The position numbers were made by a program, and so were the translations under genes. The notes beneath the pieces are model-generated. The model saw only the letters and a list, made by a program, of their open reading frames with translations, made no database searches and was not told the DNA's origin. From IMG/VR virus record IMGVR_UViG_3300023179_000009, positions 186,001 to 250,000 of that record: a stretch of DNA of 64,000 nucleotides; one strand, written 5' to 3'. Position 1 is the first letter of the stretch, and each line of letters starts with the position of its first letter. Shown here one piece after another: positions 29,094-39,168 of the stretch.

Positions 29094-30027
29094 CGTGTAG
29101 GCCATTTGTGAATTTCATTAATTCATAATGACCTTTTTCATTTTTTATCCATTCAAGATAATCAACATTATCTAATAAACTAAATCTTTTGTTTTCAAAA
29201 TAATCGAGATTTTTTTCACCAAAAATAGCAACAAGATCCTGTTTGCTTAATATTTTTGTAATGTTTTCATAGAATTCTTGAACCATTAGACACAACAATC
29301 CTCTTGAGTGAGTTTCGTCGCAAGTTGGACTAGGAACGTAAGATCCGTTTCCGTGAAAAACCTTTAAGTTATTAACTTTGCATTGGCTCAAATTCCTACT
29401 CGTTGAGTGTTCGTCCACCGAAATTAGGTTGAAAAACTCAGGATGTTTATTCTTCATGTATCCTAAAACCATTTCATCCCAAACTTCATACCAATCATCA
29501 TATCCAATATATTTTTTCATGGACTGTCTGGTTTCTTTTGATTGTATGGCATCAATTGTATATTTTTTAAATAAATCAAAGAATTGTTGGTATTTTTTTT
29601 CATTTGGATTGAAATAAAAATAGCCTGTGTTCCATCCATCGTAACAAAAGCGATCCCTAGTTTTTTCTAATGGCAGTGGGTTTTTTAAAAAGAATACATC
29701 CGAATCAACATAAATCACATCACCTACATAATTTTGGTTTTCGCACCAATTGTGGATATCAAAAATTCTTGAAAGGTGTTTGTAGCCCTTCACAAAATTT
29801 GAATATTGTTCCAGATAAAAATTAGTTTTAACTACTTGAAAATTTAATTTTTCTTGCAAATAACCCCATCTATGAGGCCGTTCGGGGCTGCAATCTAAAA
29901 CTACAATATCTACATCAGAAACGCTTCGTAGTGTGGCTATCGAAGGAACCACACTGGTTCTTAAATTTTTATAAGGATCGGGTTCGTGATCTAGTGACCA
30001 ACAATGGTAAATTGCTGTTGTTTTCAC
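29086..30027 (-). CDS. GT-A fold nucleotide-sugar transferase
   Basis: YVDSDVFF, NTGYFY, DE, H. Confidence 0.7.
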   Translation of the reverse strand: MKTTAIYHCWSLDHEPDPYKNLRTSVVPSIATLRSVSDVDIVVLDCSPERPHRWGYLQEKLNFQVVKTNFYLEQYSNFVKGYKHLSRIFDIHNWCENQNYVGDVIYVDSDVFFLKNPLPLEKTRDRFCYDGWNTGYFYFNPNEKKYQQFFDLFKKYTIDAIQSKETRQSMKKYIGYDDWYEVWDEMVLGYMKNKHPEFFNLISVDEHSTSRNLSQCKVNNLKVFHGNGSYVPSPTCDETHSRGLLCLMVQEFYENITKILSKQDLVAIFGEKNLDYFENKRFSLLDNVDYLEWIKNEKGHYELMKFTNGLHVI

Positions 30028-30806
30028 ATTAACTTTCTATGATTTTCTATTTCTTCCTTAAACCAATCGGGATATTCAATATTCCATTTCCTACAGTACC
30101 TGATTCCATTATTTATAAATAAGCGTTTTTGATTTGTTTTGCCGTATGTTTGAGATGGGTGCCATAAGTGCAATTCGATTTCATCTCTAAAAATTGACTT
30201 TACTCCAATTTCTTTCATTTTGTTGGTCATGTCGCTATCTGCCCAACCATATCCAACATACCCTTCATCCATCATGTCAGCTTCAAAAAAATCATCACGC
30301 CAAAAGGCCGTGTTGCCAGACCACATGTTTCTTACGCCAATGTGGTTTTCTTCACTTCTAAATTCATCGTTGTATTCAAAAGACTCATTTGTTATTTCTT
30401 CGTCGTTTGCAGTTTTGGTTAGTTTTTTCATACACTTACAAGTGATACAAATTTTTGGTTTTATTTCATTTTCTACATTTTTAAAATAATCTTTTGGAAG
30501 AATTCTATCACTTTCTAGAACTATAACTTTGTTTAAAGAACAATTTCTTACCCCTACATTTATCATTTTGGCAAGAATCATTTCATTTTCTTCCATATTA
30601 AAGTGTTTGTTGACTTTAAATTCACCCGACAGATCGGATAGTTCTTTTGTTTGATTGTTTACTAAAAACTCTATTGAGTCTTGACACACAGTCACCAACT
30701 CAGAACCTTTGATGATTTCGTTATGATTTTTTGTTAAAAATCTCAGTGTTTGCAAAAGATTATCAAATCTTGCTGTGTGGAATGGGATTATAAAAGAAAT
30801 GTTCAT
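30024..30806 (-). CDS. GT2/GT7-like glycosyltransferase
   Basis: ISFIIPF, LESDRIL, DEGYVGYGWADSD, HLWH. Confidence 0.8.
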   Translation of the reverse strand: MNISFIIPFHTARFDNLLQTLRFLTKNHNEIIKGSELVTVCQDSIEFLVNNQTKELSDLSGEFKVNKHFNMEENEMILAKMINVGVRNCSLNKVIVLESDRILPKDYFKNVENEIKPKICITCKCMKKLTKTANDEEITNESFEYNDEFRSEENHIGVRNMWSGNTAFWRDDFFEADMMDEGYVGYGWADSDMTNKMKEIGVKSIFRDEIELHLWHPSQTYGKTNQKRLFINNGIRYCRKWNIEYPDWFKEEIENHRKLM

Positions 30807-30851
30807 TTGAATTCGGTAGCGTGTGTTTAATTGACTACAAATATATATTTT

Positions 30852-31608
30852 TTAAAAGAATAATTTAACGTTTATATTTGGAAATAATAATTTATTTAAT
30901 TCTATTGTTTCTTTGTCAAAAAAAGGAAAAGATGATATGTTCTTGTATCTATTTAACACATCCATTTTTTGAGCATTTTGATTATATTTCACACGATCAA
31001 AACTGCTACCTCCTCCAAAAAGAGTAACGTCATTGATCCCATTGTCATTAAAATCAATATCTATTTTTTTACATAATTCTTTTCTATATTCGAAATTACT
31101 AAACCATTCGTTGTAGTTTATGCCAATTGGATTTTTTAGTATTTTTGTTATTCTTAGAAATTCTTTTGCATGATTTTTCCATATTTTTAAAAAGTTATTT
31201 ATAGAGTCTTTAGAATTAACTCTCATTTTTTTTCTTCATTCCGATCTCTGCTAACAAACAAATTAAATGCGTCACGTAAAACTATAATTTCTATTGCATT
31301 TTCCATATCAAAAGGGCATATGTTTTTTAAAAAATTTAATTTTGATATCGAATCTTCGATAGTCTCATCTTCAATATTGTAGACCCAAATACAGGCACTT
31401 ACTTCACTATGTTCCTTTGGGTTTTTAAGATAATTTTTTACTTTTTTAGGTTTTAATATATCATTTGAAAAAAGGATAATTTTTTTTTATTCCATTTTTC
31501 GCAAGAATTTTTTTGAATGTCAAAACAAGCATCAATCTGCCTACAAATCCAATTAATTATGGCATGATGCCCAGACCTTTTCATTGCATAAATTCTAATT
31601 TGTTTCAT
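30852..31608 (-). pseudogene. sulfotransferase-like gene with two homopolymer frameshifts
   Basis: MKQIRIYAMKRSGHHAIINW (start 31608), IIVLRDAFNLFVSR and the 30852..31226 ORF lie in three frames; adding one A to the A9 run (~31480-31488) and the A8 run (~31226-31233) restores one ORF. Confidence 0.7.
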
Positions 31609-31906
31609 TTATTATAAATCTTAAATAGTTAATTTTATTAACAATAATATTTGTTTTTTAAAAAGATGAAGTATCTCAAATTATAAAAAAATTTCACAAG
31701 AGATATTTTACTTTTACAAATTTAGAAGAAAGTAAATAATCTATAAAAAATAAATGTAAAAATATCAAGTATTGGGGTCAAAAAAATTTAAATGATGTAA
31801 AACTTTTATCTTTTTCCAAGATAGATAATTATAAGATATTCCTAAGATGTCAATCTATGATATATTTAAGGACTCAAGTTCTATAACTAATTTATTTTTT
31901 TAAATT

Positions 31907-32260
31907 ATGTTAAATTTACAAGATATAATAAGAAAACAAAAAACTATACTTGATTTTGAAATTATTTATTTAATAGAAAGCAGGATGCGTGATTGGCAGA
32001 AAACTTGGAATAAAAAATTTATTTCAATTAATAAAAATCAATTATCGAGTATAGTATCAAAAAATAAAGTTTTTAGTTTCTATTGTACAGACACGGACCC
32101 TGTTTTGTTATGGATCGGTTTGAATTCCGCAGAAGATTTTTTGATTTCTCAAAATAAATGTTTTTTTATTAAAAAAAGTAATTTTTTAGATTTTTTAGAT
32201 TTTTTAGATGAACTTAAATTTGGCAAAAAAAAATTGATTTGGCCACAGGAAGGATTCTAA
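31907..32260 (+). CDS. hypothetical protein ending W-x-x-EGF
   Basis: C-terminus IWPQEGF. Confidence 0.55.
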   Translation: MLNLQDIIRKQKTILDFEIIYLIESRMRDWQKTWNKKFISINKNQLSSIVSKNKVFSFYCTDTDPVLLWIGLNSAEDFLISQNKCFFIKKSNFLDFLDFLDELKFGKKKLIWPQEGF

Positions 32261-32264
32261 TAAA

Positions 32265-32903
32265 ATGAAAATTGCAATAATGCAACCTTATTTTTTCCCC
32301 TATATAGGTTATTTTGAATTAATCAAGAGTGTTGATATTTTTGTTTTTTTGAATGATGTTCAATTTACAAAAAGAGGATGGATCAACAGAAATAGAATAA
32401 GGTCTTTGCATAAAGAAAACGAAAATATAGTTATACCAGTGAAGAGCCACAAACAAAAAACCAATATTAGCGAAATAACGCCTGCTTGCTCAAATTGGAA
32501 TGCTCATATATACAAGAAGATAATTTGCACTTATGGAAATAAGAATAAAATATTTTTAAATTATTTTTTGTCTCTTTCGGGCCACGCAAAACTAAAAGAT
32601 ATTCTTTGTGATTCAATAACTTGGACATCTCGCTATTTGGGATTAAACACTATCTTTGAAAACTCAGAAAACATATCAAAAGATTCGGGTTTTAAAAAAT
32701 TAATTGAGATTTGCAAGCATTTTAATTGTAATCATTACATCAATGCCTGTGGCGGAATCAATCTTTACAATAGAGAAGATTTTGAAAAAGAAGGCGTGTT
32801 TTTAGAATTTTTAGAGCCTACTAAATTTAGCAATAAACTTTCTATAATAGATTTGATATTAACACAAGAAGAAGAAACCAAATTATGGCTCAAGAAGTCC
32901 TAA
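32265..32903 (+). CDS. WbqC-family protein
   Basis: IMQPYFFPYIGYF, DDVQ-like NDVQF, GWINRNRI, YINACGG..LY, LSIID. Confidence 0.9.
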   Translation: MKIAIMQPYFFPYIGYFELIKSVDIFVFLNDVQFTKRGWINRNRIRSLHKENENIVIPVKSHKQKTNISEITPACSNWNAHIYKKIICTYGNKNKIFLNYFLSLSGHAKLKDILCDSITWTSRYLGLNTIFENSENISKDSGFKKLIEICKHFNCNHYINACGGINLYNREDFEKEGVFLEFLEPTKFSNKLSIIDLILTQEEETKLWLKKS

Positions 32904-33523
32904 TATTCGGCACAGAAGACACATCGTCATTGGCCAGTTTTTATTTAAAAAATGATTCTCAGTACAAGCCTGTGGCTTTTTGTGTTGACGGTGATTTTTT
33001 AAAAGAAACTAACTTTGAAGGTCTTCCGGTTGTTTCTTTTGAGGAAGTAGATAAACAATTTCCAAATAGTGAATTTAAATTTTTTGCTTCAATATATGAC
33101 AATCAACTTAGGTCAAAAAAAAGCAATGAAATTAAACAAAAGGGATATGAATTGATCTCATATGTTAGCAGCAAATCCTCTGTATTTTCTCCCGTAGGCG
33201 AAAATTGTTTCATTATGGAAGACAATACAATTCAGCCTTTTGTTAAGGTTGGCAACAACATTATTATGTGGTCTGGAAATCACATAGGACACCATTCTGT
33301 AATTGAGGATAATAATTTTTTATCCTCGCACGTTGTTGTGTGCGGCCATTGCCATATTAAATCTTTTTGTTGGATAGGCGTCAATTCTTCAATCAAAGAT
33401 CACATTGTTTTAGAAGAAGGAACATTTGTTGCTATGTCTTCTATGGTTACAAAAAACACAAAACCCTACAAAAAGTATACGGGAGTTCCAGCCAAAGAGT
33501 ATGGCGATAATTATAACCAGTAG
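32885..33523 (+). CDS. NeuD/PglD-type sugar O/N-acyltransferase (hexapeptide repeat)
   Basis: IGHHSVIED, hexapeptide repeats, GVPAK. Confidence 0.88.
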   Translation: MAQEVLIFGTEDTSSLASFYLKNDSQYKPVAFCVDGDFLKETNFEGLPVVSFEEVDKQFPNSEFKFFASIYDNQLRSKKSNEIKQKGYELISYVSSKSSVFSPVGENCFIMEDNTIQPFVKVGNNIIMWSGNHIGHHSVIEDNNFLSSHVVVCGHCHIKSFCWIGVNSSIKDHIVLEEGTFVAMSSMVTKNTKPYKKYTGVPAKEYGDNYNQ

Positions 33524-33905
33524 GGGGTTGAATTCTTTATTTGTTGCAAAAATAATTTCAACAAATTTAAATATTCCCATTAAATTTATCGAAGATGATC
33601 CAAAAATAGATCAATATGATGAATTTTTTTTTGTTGTTTCCAATAGAGGCGATGAAGAGTTACCGGAGTGCTTTGAGAATTTTTTAAATAATTTGATTAC
33701 TTTAAATAAAAAGTATTACATTTGCGAAATAGGAAATTATTTTGGTTTTGAATATGAATTTTTTGGTAGTAGAAAAATAGTTGATTTTATTTTAAAAAGA
33801 TTAGGCTGGCAAGAAGTCTCCTCTCTGTCAGTCGATTCCATGCCAGCAATCGATGAAGAAAGATTGATTGATTGGATCGATCAAATTAAAAAGGATTTTC
33901 TATGA
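33501..33905 (+). CDS. flavodoxin-like protein
   Basis: SRGLNS..VA, VSNRGDEELP, IGNYFG pattern. Confidence 0.65.
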   Translation: MAIIITSRGLNSLFVAKIISTNLNIPIKFIEDDPKIDQYDEFFFVVSNRGDEELPECFENFLNNLITLNKKYYICEIGNYFGFEYEFFGSRKIVDFILKRLGWQEVSSLSVDSMPAIDEERLIDWIDQIKKDFL

Positions 33906-34603
33906 AATTAATTATCGAAGTGAATTGCAATAATAAAATAGGCAAAAAAATAAAAAAATTTTTGCATGATTATAAAGTTGTCATTATTCGAAATTCGCCA
34001 ACCCACGACAGTTTTTGGGCCGAACAAGCCTCCGAAATTGGGAAATTAGTTCCTATGAAGGAGGATATAAAAACAGGAAACAAAACGGGAGAATTTTGGA
34101 CCGATATTAAATATGATGCCAAGCTATCGCATACTTTTTCTCACTCTAACACACGCCAACCTTTACACACAGATGGTTCTTATGAATCACTTGCTCCTAA
34201 TGTTACTTTTTTCTTTTGTCTAAAGCCCGCTAAAGTGGGAGGATCTACTACTTGTTTGGATTTAGATCTTTTAAAAAAATGTTTAAAAATAGAAAAGCCG
34301 GACCTGCTTGAAAAATTAAAAGCAACTGAGATACTTTTTTCAAAAGGAAATGATTTTAAAACAAGTAAAATTATAAATGGAAAGAAATGTAATTGGAATT
34401 ATTTTAGAGCAGCCAAAAGCGATTTAACGGAAGAGTTTCACATTTATCTAGAGCAAAGAATAGTACAAATGGGTGTTTTAACTAATATCAATCTTAAAAA
34501 AGGCGATGCTGTCTTTTTTAATGATGAGTTAATTCTTCATGGAAGAAATGCTTTTATAGGTGATCGTTGGTTGAAAAAAGGAGGGTTGACATGGAGTGGT
34601 TAA
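33902..34603 (+). CDS. TauD/TfdA-family 2OG-Fe(II) dioxygenase
   Basis: PLHTDGSY, GGST, GDAVFFND..LHGR.AF...R. Confidence 0.85.
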   Translation: MKLIIEVNCNNKIGKKIKKFLHDYKVVIIRNSPTHDSFWAEQASEIGKLVPMKEDIKTGNKTGEFWTDIKYDAKLSHTFSHSNTRQPLHTDGSYESLAPNVTFFFCLKPAKVGGSTTCLDLDLLKKCLKIEKPDLLEKLKATEILFSKGNDFKTSKIINGKKCNWNYFRAAKSDLTEEFHIYLEQRIVQMGVLTNINLKKGDAVFFNDELILHGRNAFIGDRWLKKGGLTWSG

Positions 34604-35391
34604 AGAACTCAGATCTAAGTTTCTTTAATACGGATAATCCTTTTGAAAACGACATACGCCACCTCCCAAATAAACACGAAATAGTTACAAAATTTGCTGA
34701 TCTAGATTATTTAAAAACAATTAACTTAAGAAAATGTAGATTAAGTCACCTCCCTGTTTTTAAAAGTAAACAAATTGAGTTTCTAGATTTAAGCTGCAAT
34801 AATTTAAGTGTTTTCCCAGAGTGGGTGTTGGGTTTAAAAAATTTAAAGTATTTAAACTTGGGTTCAAATTTTTTTGAACATTTGCCAAATTTAGAACATT
34901 TACCTTTAGAGACTTTGAAATTACATAAAAACAAGTTTTCTTATTTACAAATTCCTAAAACTATAAAGTTTTTAAATCTTTACCTAAACAATTTTTTAGA
35001 TATACCAGATATAACCCATTTAAAAAATTTGGAATTTTTTTCATTTGGTGTAACTAAAATCACAAGACTACCAGACTGGGTTTGTGATTTTAAAAACTTA
35101 AAGTGGTTGTCTTTGGTTGTAAATGATATAGAATACCTACCTGAAAATTTTTGTAATTTGCAAAATTTGGTCGGTTTGCGGCTCGCAAAAAACAAGTTAA
35201 GAGAATTACCAAATAATATTGGTTTTTGTAAAAGTTTAAAAGAAATTACCCTTTACTCTAATTGTATTAGTTGTTTACCAGATTCTTTTTATCAACTAAA
35301 TTTAGAAAAACTTAATTTATCTAAAAATTATTTAATTGATAAAAATAAAATAATAAATAAATTTTCGAATATAAATTTTTTTTCCTGTTAG
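34591..35391 (+). CDS. leucine-rich repeat protein
   Basis: About 9 LxxLxLxxNxLxxLP repeats. Confidence 0.9.
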   Translation: MEWLKNSDLSFFNTDNPFENDIRHLPNKHEIVTKFADLDYLKTINLRKCRLSHLPVFKSKQIEFLDLSCNNLSVFPEWVLGLKNLKYLNLGSNFFEHLPNLEHLPLETLKLHKNKFSYLQIPKTIKFLNLYLNNFLDIPDITHLKNLEFFSFGVTKITRLPDWVCDFKNLKWLSLVVNDIEYLPENFCNLQNLVGLRLAKNKLRELPNNIGFCKSLKEITLYSNCISCLPDSFYQLNLEKLNLSKNYLIDKNKIINKFSNINFFSC

Positions 35392-35399
35392 GGATCCTT

Positions 35400-35990
35400 A
35401 TGTCGATAGCTTATAAAGTGGTTCGTGATTTTGAAGAAGCCATGGCAGAATACGTCGGCAGCAAATATGCTGTTGCGGTGGATAGCTGCACCAATGCTTT
35501 GTTTTTATGTTGTTATTACTTAAAAGTTCAACAAGTTACCATTCCATCTAGAACGTATATCTCGGTCCCCTGTTCTATTATTCATGCAGGAGGCTCAGTT
35601 TTTTTTGAAGACATTAAATGGATTGGAAGTTATCAATTAAAGCCATACCCGATTTATGATAGTGCTTGTAAATTATCAAGAGGCATGTACGAATCGGGAA
35701 CTTTTCAATGTGTGTCTTTTAGTCCAAATAAAATTTTGAATATAGGCAAAGGCGGTATGATATTCACCGATGATGAAATTGCAAGAGATTGGTTTAAACT
35801 TGCTAGGTATGAAGGTAGAGAAGAATTATCTTTGATGGAACAAAATACTTTTGAGGTTATTGGCTGGAATATGTATATGACACCAGAGCAAGGCGCAAGA
35901 GGTTTAATTTTGTCAACATTTTTAAAAGATGAAAACATAAAGAAGCCCGATTACCCAGACCTGTCTTTGAGATTTAGACCTAAGAAATAA
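35400..35990 (+). CDS. DegT/DnrJ/EryC1/StrS aminotransferase (short form)
   Basis: AVAVDSCTNAL, DSA, SFSPNKILNIGKGGMI. Confidence 0.85.
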   Translation: MSIAYKVVRDFEEAMAEYVGSKYAVAVDSCTNALFLCCYYLKVQQVTIPSRTYISVPCSIIHAGGSVFFEDIKWIGSYQLKPYPIYDSACKLSRGMYESGTFQCVSFSPNKILNIGKGGMIFTDDEIARDWFKLARYEGREELSLMEQNTFEVIGWNMYMTPEQGARGLILSTFLKDENIKKPDYPDLSLRFRPKK

Positions 35991-36863
35991 TCAACCCTCA
36001 GCCTCGGCTAAACCTATGCCCGTTTTCCCAAATCCGTTTCCATTATAAAATAAATATTTCCCACACATAGCAGTGTAGCAGACCATCTTCGAGTCCCAAC
36101 CATTTTGCGATTTTTCTAAACCTTTTAAAGATTCGTTCATAATATTCCATTTTTTACCGCAGGTAGACTCAGCATATCCTAAACGATAACTTTTGTTTGG
36201 GTTTTTTTTATAATCTTTGGAGTTTCTATAAGAAAAAATCATTTTATATTTGTTTTTTTGTTGCCAAACCATAGGCCAGCCGATGGCACCCATTTCTTTT
36301 GAGTAGTTTATACAAGGATCTGAAAATCTTTTCCAATAAAATCCATCTTGAGATTCAGCATATCTGATTAGGTATATCGGATCATTTTTAATCCATCCGG
36401 TGCAAGAACAATACCACATTTTGTATATGTGTTTTTTAAAATCATAAATAACACAAGGGCTAGTACAAAAATAAGGTTCATCAATGTTCCTGTCCATAAC
36501 GGGTGCTTCTTTTTTAATCCACTTTTTATTTTGATACTCAGCAACGCCTATTGATAAATGATAGGGTGGAGAAATTTTTTTATTCCAACCTATTAGATAC
36601 ATTAGTTTTTTATCGCTGGATTCAACGATGCATCTTGCGGCGTGACCGTCATGATCAAAACCATTACTTCCCAATTCAAATAACGGCCCAGAGATGTTTT
36701 TTTTAATAATTTTTGGATTTTTTTTACACAACTCAATCTTGTATATTCTCGATTTATTATTCTTTATTTTAGAGAAATAAAGAATAATTTCTTTTTTATT
36801 TATATCAATAGTTGGGTAGCGTGCTTGCCCTCTATAAACTAAACCTATTTTTTTATAATTCAT
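35991..36863 (-). CDS. five-bladed beta-propeller glycoside hydrolase-like protein
   Basis: YKMWYCS, IRYAESQDG..W, YRLGYAES, FYNGNGFGKTGIGLA. Confidence 0.75.
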   Translation of the reverse strand: MNYKKIGLVYRGQARYPTIDINKKEIILYFSKIKNNKSRIYKIELCKKNPKIIKKNISGPLFELGSNGFDHDGHAARCIVESSDKKLMYLIGWNKKISPPYHLSIGVAEYQNKKWIKKEAPVMDRNIDEPYFCTSPCVIYDFKKHIYKMWYCSCTGWIKNDPIYLIRYAESQDGFYWKRFSDPCINYSKEMGAIGWPMVWQQKNKYKMIFSYRNSKDYKKNPNKSYRLGYAESTCGKKWNIMNESLKGLEKSQNGWDSKMVCYTAMCGKYLFYNGNGFGKTGIGLAEAEG

Positions 36864-36895
36864 AAAATTATAATAGAAATTTAAAATATAAATTT

Positions 36896-37507
36896 ATGCT
36901 TTTTTTAGATGAAAAACATTGTTTCGGTGATTTTATTTTTTTACACATACCAAAAACCGGCGGCACTAGTATAGAAAGATCTCTGGATATTCATGGATGT
37001 AATTGTCATTGGCACACGAAATCGGGAAATTTTTTATTTGGCGAAAAGGTTGACATAATAAAAACAAAAATAAAAAATTGGGAAAAAAAAATTAAATTTT
37101 GTTTTGTTAGAAATCCTTGGGATAGACTTGTTTCTACTTTTTTTTATTTAAAAAACTTAAAAACTTTAAAACACCAGCCATTGGGTAGTTACGAAACAGT
37201 TTATTTGTCAAAGGTTACTACTTTTGAAGATTGGATTATTAAACACGAAAATAAAGAACAAGGATTAGAAAATTTAAACGGTTTCTGGTTATCGCCTCAA
37301 ACAAACTGGGTAGGTGAAAATTTTTTTGATTTTATAGGTAGGTTTGAAAATTTAGAAATAGATTTTAAAAAATTATTTGATAAAAATTTACCACATTTAA
37401 ATAAAACTTTTCACAAAAATTACAAAAAATATTACACAACTAGAACTCAAGAAATTGTAGAAAAATGGTATTTTGAGGATATCAAAAAATTTGATTATAA
37501 ATTTTAA
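36896..37507 (+). CDS. sulfotransferase family 2
   Basis: HIPKTGGTS (5'-PSB), VRNPWDRLVS (3'-PB), IGRFENL. Confidence 0.9.
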   Translation: MLFLDEKHCFGDFIFLHIPKTGGTSIERSLDIHGCNCHWHTKSGNFLFGEKVDIIKTKIKNWEKKIKFCFVRNPWDRLVSTFFYLKNLKTLKHQPLGSYETVYLSKVTTFEDWIIKHENKEQGLENLNGFWLSPQTNWVGENFFDFIGRFENLEIDFKKLFDKNLPHLNKTFHKNYKKYYTTRTQEIVEKWYFEDIKKFDYKF

Positions 37508-38454
37508 AGAAACAAAATTTTTTGATAATAAAAATTTTTTGATATTTCTTTAAAATTTGCATCAACAAAATCTTCTACTAATAATATTTTTTTTCCTATT
37601 TTTTTATTTAACGAATCTCCTGTTGGTTGATCGCCCCATAGTTGAAAAGCTAATCTAGAAAAACCTCCAACAGAGGGAATTATATCTAATCCTCTTGCCA
37701 AAACAAATAAATCAATCACCGCATTTTCTAAAATTTTAGGATTTTTATCTCCCTCGGAGTGAAGATTTTTCTTGTTTAATTGAAAAATTATTTCTTCATT
37801 GAACAAGAAATCTTTATTTGTTTTTTTTATTAGTAACTCTAAAATATAAGCATCATCCGTAGAAACATACACTGGAATTTTTGATTGATTTATTTGTATT
37901 GAAACTTTTTCAATGTATTCGTTTATATTACTAAATCCGTATTTTCTATAGTCATTAGATCTGTCGGTTCCTCTTATGTGTACGGACATGTAATCTTGAT
38001 CGAGTTTATTTTTTTTTATGTAATTTTTTAATTTAATTTTAAATTTTTCTTTTAATTCTAAATTTTTTAATGCAAGAAAAGACCCAAAGTTTGTTTCATA
38101 ACAACAATTAAAAACATCTTCGGGAATTATTTTTTTGTTTAAGTATTGTTTTATACAAACACGCCTGTTACTCCTACACCTATCACAAAAAAAACAATAA
38201 TTATTTCCATTTATTTTTTTTATATATTGATTTTGAAAATATTGTAAGTTCTCAACATTTAATTTTTTTTCACCATAAGCGAATGGAATATCAAAATTAA
38301 ATTTAAAAATATCAAAAAAATTAGAAGATTTATAGTATTCGGTTTCAAAATGTATTAAATTAAAATTATTTTTTTTGCAGTAACGGTAGGTTCTATAAAG
38401 CTCCCTGAGTATATCCGCAAGTCCCCCGGTTGCATATAAATAGGCTTTTCTCAT
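37504..38454 (-). CDS. fucosyltransferase-like (NodZ/O-FucT, GT-B)
   Basis: GGLAD, SVHIRGTD, VYVSTDD, AVIDLFVLA, GGFS. Confidence 0.75.
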   Translation of the reverse strand: MRKAYLYATGGLADILRELYRTYRYCKKNNFNLIHFETEYYKSSNFFDIFKFNFDIPFAYGEKKLNVENLQYFQNQYIKKINGNNYCFFCDRCRSNRRVCIKQYLNKKIIPEDVFNCCYETNFGSFLALKNLELKEKFKIKLKNYIKKNKLDQDYMSVHIRGTDRSNDYRKYGFSNINEYIEKVSIQINQSKIPVYVSTDDAYILELLIKKTNKDFLFNEEIIFQLNKKNLHSEGDKNPKILENAVIDLFVLARGLDIIPSVGGFSRLAFQLWGDQPTGDSLNKKIGKKILLVEDFVDANFKEISKNFYYQKILFL

Positions 38455-38463
38455 ATATAATAT

Positions 38464-39168
38464 ATGCAAAATTTATCTCAAATTTCAAGCAAATATCTCA
38501 CCAGTGGGTCCAAAGGTGGCGATAAATGCATGAGGCACAATTATTGTGAAAAATATGATTTGCACTTTTTAAAATATCGAGATAAAAAATTGAATCTACT
38601 TGAAATAGGTGTAATGCAAGGGCGGTCGCTAGTTGCATGGCGAGACTATTTCCCAAACGCAAATATATTGGGGATAGACATTAAAGATTATTGCAAACGA
38701 TATGAAGATGATAGGATAAAAATAGAAATTGGAGATCAAAAAGACAAATCTTTTCTCACTGATTTAGAAAAAAAATACGGTCCATTTGAGGTTATAATAG
38801 ATGATGGTAGTCATTTTTGGGAAGATGTTGTAATCTCTTTTAAAATCTTATTTCCCTTGTTGAAACAAGGTGGAATTTATGTTATAGAAGATTTACATAC
38901 ATCTTATTGTAAAAGTTGTTCTCAAAACCACACAATATCTCCAATGGAGTACTTAAAAAATAGTATTGATAAAATTAATATGTTTGGGAAGTACACAGAA
39001 GATAATTTTGGAATCAACGCAAGGGCAGTTGACAAACAAAAATCAGTGCTAGAAAACAAATTATCAAAAATAGATTGTGACTACGATATCTACGCCCTGC
39101 ATTTTTACCCGAGCATTTGTTTTATAGAAAAAGAAAATTATGAAAAATTTAAAAGAAAAATATATTGA
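38464..39168 (+). CDS. sugar O-methyltransferase (class I SAM)
   Basis: LLEIGV..G.S, GIDI, IIDDGSH, YVIEDLHTSY. Confidence 0.85.
   Translation: MQNLSQISSKYLTSGSKGGDKCMRHNYCEKYDLHFLKYRDKKLNLLEIGVMQGRSLVAWRDYFPNANILGIDIKDYCKRYEDDRIKIEIGDQKDKSFLTDLEKKYGPFEVIIDDGSHFWEDVVISFKILFPLLKQGGIYVIEDLHTSYCKSCSQNHTISPMEYLKNSIDKINMFGKYTEDNFGINARAVDKQKSVLENKLSKIDCDYDIYALHFYPSICFIEKENYEKFKRKIY

Noticed and set aside
31610-31905. AT-rich gap as a replication origin
   Set aside because: No iterons or DnaA boxes seen; more simply a divergent promoter region or decayed ORF.
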